Below are positions 1 through 7,352 of a DNA stretch of 25,856 bases, in pieces. Within the stretch, counting starts at the first letter, position 1. Each line of letters begins with the position of its first letter. The DNA lies in assembly GCA_040904565.1 (NCBI GenBank), contig JBBDTI010000023.1, positions 1-25,856 of the forward strand, written 5' to 3'. Origin of the DNA: Rhodothermales bacterium (lineage in GTDB: Bacteria; Bacteroidota; Rhodothermia; Rhodothermales; VXPQ01). The position numbers and the translations under genes are program-made. The notes beneath the pieces were generated by a model. It was given only the letters and a program-made list of their open reading frames with translations. It did not search any database and was not told the origin of the DNA.

Positions 1-61
1 AATCTTGCGCTAAAGCGCTTCGATTTACTTGCGTGAATCTTGCGCTAAAGCGCTTCGATTT
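1..61. repeat. 26-bp exact direct repeat (35-bp period) duplicating the 3' end and stop codon of the ABC transporter gene
   Basis: AATCTTGCGCTAAAGCGCTTCGATTT at 1-26 and 36-61; the second copy overlaps the final codons and TAG of the minus-strand CDS. Confidence 0.9.
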
Positions 62-1844
62 CCTGTTCGAGAAGCTGTTTGCGGTGGAGGTCGGCGTAGC
101 GTCCATCGAGCCGCAGCAGCTCGTCGTGCGTGCCCCGTTCGACGAGCTCGCCTTCGTGGAGGACGAGGATCTGGTCGGCGTCCATGACCGACGAGATGCG
201 GTGGCTGACGATGACCACGGTACGGGTACCGTAGTAACCGCGGAGGTAGCCGAGGATTTCGCTTTCCGTGCTCGTATCGACGGCCGACAGGGCATCGTCC
301 AGAATAAGTATGCTGGGATTCCCGATTAGCGCGCGGGCAATAGACGACCGCTGTTTTTGTCCGCCCGACAGCGTAATGCCTCGTTCGCCCACGAACGTCT
401 CGAACCCGTCGGGAAAATCCTGCACGTTTTCCAGCAGGGCGGCCTCGCGTGCCGCCTGCTCGACGGCCTCCCGCCCGGCATCCAGCTCGCCGAAGGCAAT
501 GTTGTCGGCCACCGTATCGCTGAACAGGAAAACTTCCTGCGGAACGTATCCGATCGACGATCGAAGCAGATCGAGCGGAATTTCCTGGATGCGCCGTCCG
601 TCGATGCGCACCGTACCCCGGGTTGCTTCCAGCAGGCGCGGAATCATTTCCACGAGCGTCGTCTTGCCCGCGCCGGTCCGCCCAACGATAGCGAGCGTCG
701 TCCCGGCCTCCGCGTCGAAGGATACGTCGTGGAGCACCCAGGGACCTTCGTCCTTATACCTGTAAGACACGTCTTCGAACGTGATGCGCCCGCGGATCTC
801 ACGGAGGGATCCGTCGACCTCCTCCGTATCCGCAATGTCCGGCACGGCGTCGAAGATGCGGTTGAGTCGTATCATCGATGCCGACGCCCGCTGGATCATC
901 GTGATCACGAAGCCCATCGAGGCCACCGGCCACGTCATGTACGCGACGTAAATCATGTATTCGGCGATGTTGCCGATCGTGATCGTTCCCTCGGCGACGA
1001 GCCGGCCGCCAAGCCAGACGACGATGATCTCCGCCATCCCGATCAGCAGCAGAAAGACGGGCCGGAATGCGGAATCGACGAGGGCCAGATCCAGATTCCG
1101 CTGGCGGTACTTCGCACTCTCCTCGTCGAAGGCCTCAGCCTCGGAGATCTCACGCGTGTACGCCTTCAAGACTCGGATACCGTTCAGTGCTTCCTGAACG
1201 CGGCTGGTCAGCGTCGAATACTGGGCCTGGATCGCGTCGCTGCGGCTGTGCTGCATCCGCGCCATGAAGAATACGGCCACCGCCAGAAACGGCATCGGGA
1301 TGAGCGCATACAGCGTCAGGCGGGGCGAGATGACGAACATCACCGTGATAGCCGTTACGATGATGACGACGGCGCGGGTGATGTACATGATCGCCGGACC
1401 GATATAACGCCGCACGGCTTCGATGTCGCTCGTCGCACGCGCCATGACGTCGCCTGTCGAGTACTGGCGGTAAAACGACTGCGACAGCCGCTGCAGCTGA
1501 TCGTAGAGCGCGTTTCGCAGGTCGAACTCGATGTGACGCGAGGCGACGACCACCGTCTGCCGCATGAGAAAGGAGAAGAGTCCGCTCAGCAAACTGAGGC
1601 CGATGATAATCAGCCCGAAGAGAAGCATACCGACGAAGAATGTGGCGTAAAAATACCCCTGCAGCTCGGTGCCCGCATACAGATTATAGATGCTCACGAG
1701 CCGCGGGATGCTATCCACCGCCATCCGCACCACGACGGGCACGGTGATCGAGAAGCCCGCCGACACCATCGCAGCCAGGAGGCCGGGCACGAACAGGTGC
1801 TTATACTTCCAGTAGTATGTATTGAGGCTCGAAAGCGGACTCAT
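45..1844 (-). CDS. ABC exporter, fused permease + ATP-binding domain (MdlA/YheI-like half transporter)
   Basis: 599 aa; N-terminal transmembrane helices, Walker A GRTGAGKT, Q-loop GYVPQE, signature LSGGQ, Walker B ILILDD (Asp at the catalytic Glu position), H-loop SHR. Confidence 0.93.
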   Translation of the reverse strand: MSPLSSLNTYYWKYKHLFVPGLLAAMVSAGFSITVPVVVRMAVDSIPRLVSIYNLYAGTELQGYFYATFFVGMLLFGLIIIGLSLLSGLFSFLMRQTVVVASRHIEFDLRNALYDQLQRLSQSFYRQYSTGDVMARATSDIEAVRRYIGPAIMYITRAVVIIVTAITVMFVISPRLTLYALIPMPFLAVAVFFMARMQHSRSDAIQAQYSTLTSRVQEALNGIRVLKAYTREISEAEAFDEESAKYRQRNLDLALVDSAFRPVFLLLIGMAEIIVVWLGGRLVAEGTITIGNIAEYMIYVAYMTWPVASMGFVITMIQRASASMIRLNRIFDAVPDIADTEEVDGSLREIRGRITFEDVSYRYKDEGPWVLHDVSFDAEAGTTLAIVGRTGAGKTTLVEMIPRLLEATRGTVRIDGRRIQEIPLDLLRSSIGYVPQEVFLFSDTVADNIAFGELDAGREAVEQAAREAALLENVQDFPDGFETFVGERGITLSGGQKQRSSIARALIGNPSILILDDALSAVDTSTESEILGYLRGYYGTRTVVIVSHRISSVMDADQILVLHEGELVERGTHDELLRLDGRYADLHRKQLLEQEIEAL

Positions 1845-1990
1845 CTACAATCCAGTGCAACACAAATTATCGATCGGAGGCGCGCGCCGCGCGTCATCGG
1901 GTTCGTTCTACACGAAAACCGGTTCTTCGATCCGCACGGCTACCGTGTCTGCCCCGTCATTCTCACGTATTTCAGCAGTGCGCCCGTCCC

Positions 1991-2851
1991 ATGACCTATC
2001 GCACGCTCATTTCCATACCCGACCTGGCCGCTAATCTGAACGACGAGAACGTGGTCGTGGTCGACTGCCGCTTCTCGCTCGACGATCCCGACTACGGCAG
2101 CAGGGCGTATGAGAAGGCGCACGTACCGGGCGCCGTCTACGCACACCTCGACCACGATCTATCCGCCCCGATCGTTCCCGGAGAAACGGGTCGCCACCCC
2201 CTGCCGTCCCCCGATCGTGCCGCCGCAACCTTCGCCGGCTGGGGTATCGGTGACGGCATTCAGGTCGTGGCATACGACGACGCGGGAGGTGCGATCGCAG
2301 GCCGGTTGTGGTGGACGCTCAGGTACCTGGGCCACTATCCGGCCGCCGTGCTCGATGGGGGATGGACGGGCTGGATGGAAGACGGCCGGCCCACGGCGTC
2401 GGGTACCGAAAACCGGTCGCCTCGCTCGTTCGAACCCCGCGTCCACACAGGCTGGACCGTAGACGCTCCCACGGTCGACGATCGCCGCACGAATCCCTCA
2501 TGGGTGCTGCTGGACGCGCGCGATGGCGTACGTTACCGCGGTGAGGAGGAACCCATCGATCCGATCCCCGGCCACATTCCCGGGGCCCTGTCCGCGCCGT
2601 TCAAAGCCAATCTCGACGCGACGGGACGGTTCAAATCGCCGGAAGCACTGCGAGAGCGATTCGTCGGACTCATTGGGACGACGCCCCCGGGCCACGTCAT
2701 CTCTCAATGCGGGTCAGGGGTAACGGCGTGCCATAACATCCTCGCGATGGAGCACGCGGGACTCTCCGGCGGGCTCCTGTATCCCGGCTCGTGGAGCGAA
2801 TGGATAACGGACCCAAACCGCCCCGTGGCCACGGTCGAAGACATGCCGTAG
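1991..2851 (+). CDS. sseA: Tandem-domain rhodanese / 3-mercaptopyruvate sulfurtransferase (SseA family)
   Basis: 286 aa; HVPGA, GRHPLP, RLWW, LDGG, GHIPGA, active-site loop CGSGVTAC, C-terminal YPGSWSEW. Confidence 0.9.
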   Translation: MTYRTLISIPDLAANLNDENVVVVDCRFSLDDPDYGSRAYEKAHVPGAVYAHLDHDLSAPIVPGETGRHPLPSPDRAAATFAGWGIGDGIQVVAYDDAGGAIAGRLWWTLRYLGHYPAAVLDGGWTGWMEDGRPTASGTENRSPRSFEPRVHTGWTVDAPTVDDRRTNPSWVLLDARDGVRYRGEEEPIDPIPGHIPGALSAPFKANLDATGRFKSPEALRERFVGLIGTTPPGHVISQCGSGVTACHNILAMEHAGLSGGLLYPGSWSEWITDPNRPVATVEDMP

Positions 2852-2861
2852 CGACGTACAC

Positions 2862-2880
2862 CTCTAGCGTGACGCTAGAG
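2862..2880. terminator. Inverted repeat between convergent sseA and nagB (possible terminator or RNA-stabilising hairpin)
   Basis: CTCTAGCG-TGA-CGCTAGAG, perfect 8-bp stem; no U-tract on either side. Confidence 0.45.
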
Positions 2881-2911
2881 CGCGGGCAGCTCCCGCCGCC
2901 GTGCACCCTTC

Positions 2912-3676
2912 CTACGACTTCGGCTCCGCGATCCCGCCATGATGGCGGTATTCGAGCCTGGATGCCGCTTGCTCGTCCAGCAAGATGTGCGCGAATCGGT
3001 GCATCTGCACGACGGTAGCGGGGCACATTCCGGTCACCGGACCTTCGAGTGCCGATCGGATGGCCTCCGCTTTGTGCTCACCACTGGCGACGAGCAGCAC
3101 GGTCTCCGCGTCCATGATCGTTCCGATACCCATCGTGATGGCCTGGTGCGGAACCGTCTCTCCCTCATCAAAGAAACGGGCGTTGTCCCGCACCGTCTTT
3201 TCGGTCAGCGTTTTGATGCGCGTCCGCGACCCCAGCGACGACCCCGGTTCGTTAAATGCCAGGTGACCGTTCGCTCCGATACCGAGAATCTGGAGATCGA
3301 TGCCGCCCGCCTCCGCGATCTGCCGCTCGTACCACGCGCAGAACGACTCCACGTCGTCGGCCATGCCGTGCGGGACGTACACCTGACTCGGATTGACGTT
3401 GATGTGGTCGAAGAGATGCTCCCACATGAAGTGATGATAACTTTGCGGATGCGTCGGCGGAAGCCCGATGTACTCGTCCAGATTGAACGTCGTGATCTTG
3501 GAAAAATCCAGACCGCGCTCGTGGTGATTTTTGATCAGCCGCTCGTACATGCCGAGCGGCGTTCCTCCGGTAGCGAATCCGATGACGCTGTCCGGCTTCC
3601 TTCGTATCTGTTCGGTGACGAGCTCCGCGGCTCGCTCACTCATGGCATCATAGTCATCGAAGACTTCGACAAGCAT
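2912..3676 (-). CDS. nagB: Glucosamine-6-phosphate deaminase
   Basis: 254 aa; GFATGGTP, TFNLDEY, GIGANGHLAFNEPG, ITMGIGTI motifs. Confidence 0.95.
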   Translation of the reverse strand: MLVEVFDDYDAMSERAAELVTEQIRRKPDSVIGFATGGTPLGMYERLIKNHHERGLDFSKITTFNLDEYIGLPPTHPQSYHHFMWEHLFDHINVNPSQVYVPHGMADDVESFCAWYERQIAEAGGIDLQILGIGANGHLAFNEPGSSLGSRTRIKTLTEKTVRDNARFFDEGETVPHQAITMGIGTIMDAETVLLVASGEHKAEAIRSALEGPVTGMCPATVVQMHRFAHILLDEQAASRLEYRHHGGIAEPKS

Positions 3677-3865
3677 GGGTCGACGTGTAGAAAGTGAGTG
3701 ACGGGTACGAGAGGCGGCAAGTTACGAAACGAGCCGGCGCCGATGCATGCGATCTGCCGTCACGCACCGCCCCTCTCCTGGAGATACCGGCGTCCGACCT
3801 GGAATGGAGGTACCGAAGGGCAGCGACGAGGTGCGCAATGTATCACGCACTCTATCACCGGCCCC

Positions 3866-4570
3866 TCAGGCATTGAACTTGTAGCCGATCCCATACACCG
3901 TTTCGATGTAGGAGGGATCGTCGGAATCGGGTTCGACCTTCTTGCGCAACGACGCCACGTGGCGGTCGATCGTCCGCGTCGTGATCTCTCCGGAAATCTC
4001 CCATACGTCGCGTAATAGCTGCTTCCGGCTCACGGTGCGTCCCCGGTGCCGGATAAAATATTCCAGGATGTCGAACTCCAGCGCTGTGAACGGAACCTCG
4101 TCGTCTCCCCGAAACACCGTATTTTCGCTAAAATTGACCACGACGTCGCCGAACGTATATTGCTCCATCGATCGTTCCGAAGGGGATTTCGATCGGCGTA
4201 GGACCGCATTTACGCGCGCGGTGAGCTCTTCCGCATTAAACGGCTTGGTGACGTAATCGTCGGCACCGAGATCGAACGCACGGAGCTTGTCATCGTCGCG
4301 CGCCTTGACGGTCAGCATAATGACGGGGCAGTCTACGCCGGCTCGACGTGCCTCTCGCAGCACGTCGAAGCCGTTCTTCTCCGGCAACATCACATCGAGC
4401 AGGACGACGTCATACTTGGGCAGCATGGTGAGACGCTGAAGACCCGTCTCTCCGTCCGCCACTCTCGCAACGTCGAAACCCTTTAGCTCGAAATACTCCT
4501 CTAGCCCCGCCCCTACGTCCGCATCATCCTCCACGATGAGCATACGGGGCGCGGCATGGCTTAACTCCAT
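3866..4570 (-). CDS. OmpR/PhoB-family response regulator
   Basis: 234 aa; receiver domain (VEDD, LLDVMLP, GADDYVTKPF) plus winged helix (TRTIDRHVASLRKK, IETVYGIGYKF). Confidence 0.93.
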   Translation of the reverse strand: MELSHAAPRMLIVEDDADVGAGLEEYFELKGFDVARVADGETGLQRLTMLPKYDVVLLDVMLPEKNGFDVLREARRAGVDCPVIMLTVKARDDDKLRAFDLGADDYVTKPFNAEELTARVNAVLRRSKSPSERSMEQYTFGDVVVNFSENTVFRGDDEVPFTALEFDILEYFIRHRGRTVSRKQLLRDVWEISGEITTRTIDRHVASLRKKVEPDSDDPSYIETVYGIGYKFNA

Positions 4571-4602
4571 GGCAGTAGTCTCAGGATCGAGTGCGAGGTC
4601 AC

Positions 4603-4641
4603 CGTGACGGTATCACGTTCGTACGACGGAATCGTTATAAT
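4603..4641 (+). promoter_or_regulatory. Candidate promoter: perfect -10 TATAAT, with a palindrome over the -35 position
   Basis: TATAAT at 4636-4641; CGTGA-N5-TCACG at 4603-4617; AT-rich divergent intergenic region. Confidence 0.4.
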
Positions 4642-4716
4642 ACGACATTGGCAGGTTCGCTTTAGTTTAGATTGGCACGCTGGAAGATTAGTAAGGAAAA
4701 TCAGTAACGGCACCTC

Positions 4717-4998
4717 GTGAGCGATTACACGCTGGTCATCATCATCACCTTTATCGCCTTCACGGCACTGGCGGCGCTTCTGCTCGTGCCCGTGTACCGT
4801 TTCCTGCAGCGCGAGGAAGAGGCGAGCAAACGCATGACCGACCAGTTCGTCCCGGAAGATTTCGACGTGTCACCCACCAACGGGCCCGCGAAGCCGCCGT
4901 CCGACGGGCCCGCTGACCCGTCGTCCGACGGACCGTCCGAACAGCCGTCGGACGAGTCCAAGGACGGATCGGACCGCACGTCCGACAACGATTCGTGA
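4717..4998 (+). CDS. Small single-pass membrane protein with an acidic, Pro/Ser-rich disordered tail
   Basis: 93 aa, GTG start; hydrophobic stretch LVIIITFIAFTALAALLLVPVY, then 8-aa repeats; fills the intergenic gap with host-like codon usage. Confidence 0.7.
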   Translation: MSDYTLVIIITFIAFTALAALLLVPVYRFLQREEEASKRMTDQFVPEDFDVSPTNGPAKPPSDGPADPSSDGPSEQPSDESKDGSDRTSDNDS

Positions 4999-5057
4999 CC
5001 GTCCAGCGGCGCAGCATACCGGGGTCGGCATCTATCCGCTGCGCGGGGTATCCTGTA

Positions 5058-5582
5058 TTATCCTGGCAGGGAATCGGAAGCGACAACGACGAGCGGCCGG
5101 AGCAGCTCGACCGTTTTCTCGCCGATACCCCTGACCTGCCGCAGGTCGTCCACATCGAGAAACGGACCGAACTTGGCCCGAAAATCGAGTATGCGCGCGG
5201 CGGTCGTCGGACCTATTCGTGGAAGCGTCTCGAGCTCGGCTGCACCGGCCGCATTTATATCCACGCGGCCGTCGTGGTCGATCGTGGTACGGGAAGCGGG
5301 CGCCGCGCCGCTCACGGGGGCCGCACCGCCCACGGGGCCCGTACCCGGAACGCGGTCCACCCCGCGAACCGGAACCTCGCCAGGCAGTGAATCGAGTCGG
5401 GCGGATCGCTCGGAGAACAAACGGTCCAGCTCATCATAGGCACCGACAGGTACCGTCACGGACCGCTGCTGTAGATAGCGCACGCCCTGTCCGACGCTCA
5501 ACAGCACGGAGAGGACCAGCAAGGCAAGGGCTTCGTGCCTGGTGAGGCACAGCCGCTGCCGAAGGCGGTTTAACCACAGCAT
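5058..5582 (-). CDS. comEA: ComEA-family helix-hairpin-helix DNA-binding protein
   Basis: C-terminal part of ORF 5058..6482, whose upstream extension is the antisense shadow of recO. Likely ATG at 5582; N-terminal TM segment, then VDINAAGAAELETLPRIGP and GPF..VDDLRQVRGIG HhH motifs. Confidence 0.85.
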   Translation of the reverse strand: MLWLNRLRQRLCLTRHEALALLVLSVLLSVGQGVRYLQQRSVTVPVGAYDELDRLFSERSARLDSLPGEVPVRGVDRVPGTGPVGGAAPVSGAAPASRTTIDHDGRVDINAAGAAELETLPRIGPTTAARILDFRAKFGPFLDVDDLRQVRGIGEKTVELLRPLVVVASDSLPG

Positions 5583-5639
5583 TTTCTTCCATAGACACGG
5601 ACCAGCGCGCGTCATAACCTCGCCGCGCCCGAAAAGACC

Positions 5640-6395
5640 ATGATCGTTCGCACGGAGGCCATCGTGCTCAGGAGCATCGACTACGGGGAGACGAGCGAGA
5701 TCGTCACGGTCTTCACGCGGGATATGGGAAAACTCACCGTAATGGCTAAAGGAGCGCGACGGCCCAAGAGCCGCTTCGGCTCCACCCTTCAGCCGATGTC
5801 CTATACGGAGGTCGTGTTCTATTACAAGGAGACGCGAGGCATCCAGACGTTGACCGAGAGCAGCCACGTGCGCGCCTTTCACGGCATCTCGAGAAGTCTG
5901 GAAGGGCTCTCCTACGGACTGCGCATCGTCGAGCTCGTTTATGCGCTCATGCAGGAGGAAGAGCGAAATCCGATCGTGTTCGACCTCGTGCTGGAAATCC
6001 TCGAGGAGCTCAATCGAACGGCGACGCGCCTCGAGAGCCTTTTCCATTTCTTCCAGCTGCGGCTCGCGACCGTGCTCGGCTTCGCGCCGCATATCGAGCG
6101 GGAAGATGTCGAGCGGATTCCGGAGAGCGGAGGCGTCATCGCACTCGAAGATGGATCGATCCTGCCGACTGAGCCGGGGGGCGCCATTACCGTCCGTCGC
6201 GGCTCTCGCAAAGCGCTGCGCGCCTTCGCGATCTTCGCCCGTGCCGACCTGGAAACCGTCATGCGTATGCGCGTCGACAAACGGACGCACATCGAATTGA
6301 GCCGCCTCATCGAGGATTTCATCCGCTACCACGTCGAAGACGCCTACCCGTCCCGATCCGCACGCATCATCGGCCAGATGCTCGACGACACCTGA
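5640..6395 (+). CDS. recO: DNA repair protein RecO
   Basis: 251 aa; MIVRTEAIVLRSIDYGETSEIVTVFTRDMGKLTVMAKGARRPKSRF OB-fold N-terminus; FQLRLATVLGFAP; no Cys4 zinc finger. Confidence 0.93.
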   Translation: MIVRTEAIVLRSIDYGETSEIVTVFTRDMGKLTVMAKGARRPKSRFGSTLQPMSYTEVVFYYKETRGIQTLTESSHVRAFHGISRSLEGLSYGLRIVELVYALMQEEERNPIVFDLVLEILEELNRTATRLESLFHFFQLRLATVLGFAPHIEREDVERIPESGGVIALEDGSILPTEPGGAITVRRGSRKALRAFAIFARADLETVMRMRVDKRTHIELSRLIEDFIRYHVEDAYPSRSARIIGQMLDDT

Positions 6396-6424
6396 CCACC
6401 GATCGCCGGCGGGCCGTACGACGA

Positions 6425-6451
6425 GCCGGGCGCCGCACCGCATCGCCCGGC
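6425..6451. terminator. GC-rich hairpin downstream of recO
   Basis: GCCGGGCG-N11-CGCCCGGC followed by a weak pyrimidine tract. Confidence 0.3.
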
Positions 6452-6493
6452 CCAGCTCTCTTCGATTTCCTACCGGATTCACCGCAAAGGCGC

Positions 6494-6522
6494 TTGATGT
6501 TATCTACCCGTGCGGGTATACT
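6494..6522 (+). promoter_or_regulatory. Sigma70-type promoter upstream of lexA, overlapped by an inverted repeat
   Basis: TTGATG (6494-6499)-17 bp-TATACT (6517-6522); TACCCG-TG-CGGGTA at 6505-6518. Confidence 0.7.
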
Positions 6523-6684
6523 GTGCATTCCATGTGTAGCGCGGATACCCGGCGCTGCAGCTTTTTGACCGATTGAGAAGCCCGGCATGCCCGGCCCCGT
6601 CCACGCGTCCCGTTCGCGTGTTGACCCGTACCGAACCCGCAGCGTGAACCGGATATACGCTCTGTGGACCGCCTGACCGTCGCC

Positions 6685-6710
6685 AGTTCAACGGAACTAA
6701 CCTTCGGTTA
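6685..6710. promoter_or_regulatory. Two adjoining palindromes just upstream of the lexA ATG (candidate operator)
   Basis: AGTTC-AACG-GAACT (6685-6698) and TAACC-TTC-GGTTA (6698-6710); ATG at 6714. Confidence 0.45.
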
Positions 6711-6713
6711 TTA

Positions 6714-7352
6714 ATGAGCCGAAAGAAACTCACGTCCAAGCAACATGCCTTCTTCAAGTACCTCTCGGAATTCGTCCGAGAGAACGGCGTCTGGCCCACC
6801 TATCGGGAGATCGTCGATCATTTCGGATATCGATCGCCCAACAGCGTCACGCAGAATCTGCAGGCCCTCCACAAGAAGAGTTATCTGACGAGGGACGACG
6901 ACGGCTACCACCTCGTCGACGAAGGCGACTCGCATGACGAGCAGGGCATTCCGGTCAAGGGGATCATCTCTGCCGGACAGCTCCAGGAGGCCGTTGAGGC
7001 CGACCTGGGGACCATTACGCTCGAGACGCTCTTTCCTAATCTCGACCGCATCTACGCCATCCGCGTGGCGGGCCAGTCCATGGTCGGCGCCGATATCGAG
7101 GACGGCGACTACGTCCTCTTGATCGACGATGACATTCCAAACGGCGGCATCGGCGCCATCCTGTTCAACGGCGAGACGTCGTTGAAGCGTATCTTCTACG
7201 ATCAGGAGGGGCTCCGACTCGAACCGGCAAATGACGAGTATTCCGACATCTATATCAAGCCCGATATTTTCGAGGAGGTACGCATCCTCGGGCGCTACGT
7301 GGGCCACGTAAACCACGACGGCATCTACAAGCGGGTTAACGGCCGGCGGTGA
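6714..7352 (+). CDS. lexA: LexA SOS repressor
   Basis: 212 aa; LTSKQ...PTYREIVDHFGYRSPNSV winged HTH; Ala-Gly cleavage site (ISAG); catalytic Ser (GQSM) and Lys (TSLKR). Confidence 0.92.
   Translation: MSRKKLTSKQHAFFKYLSEFVRENGVWPTYREIVDHFGYRSPNSVTQNLQALHKKSYLTRDDDGYHLVDEGDSHDEQGIPVKGIISAGQLQEAVEADLGTITLETLFPNLDRIYAIRVAGQSMVGADIEDGDYVLLIDDDIPNGGIGAILFNGETSLKRIFYDQEGLRLEPANDEYSDIYIKPDIFEEVRILGRYVGHVNHDGIYKRVNGRR

Noticed and set aside
357-1994. 545-aa plus-strand ORF, and similar long antisense ORFs (7325-8353, 8564-9724, 9761-10741, 12568-13410, 15545-17002, 23124-25280)
   Set aside because: They lie antisense to well-supported genes and have no recognisable motifs; such shadow ORFs are expected in high-GC coding DNA.
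4648-4690. Two TTGGCA motifs as sigma54 -24 elements
   Set aside because: No TTGC at the required -12 spacing.
5583-6482. N-terminal extension making ComEA 474 aa
   Set aside because: It is antisense to recO; ComEA-like features begin only near the ATG at 5582.
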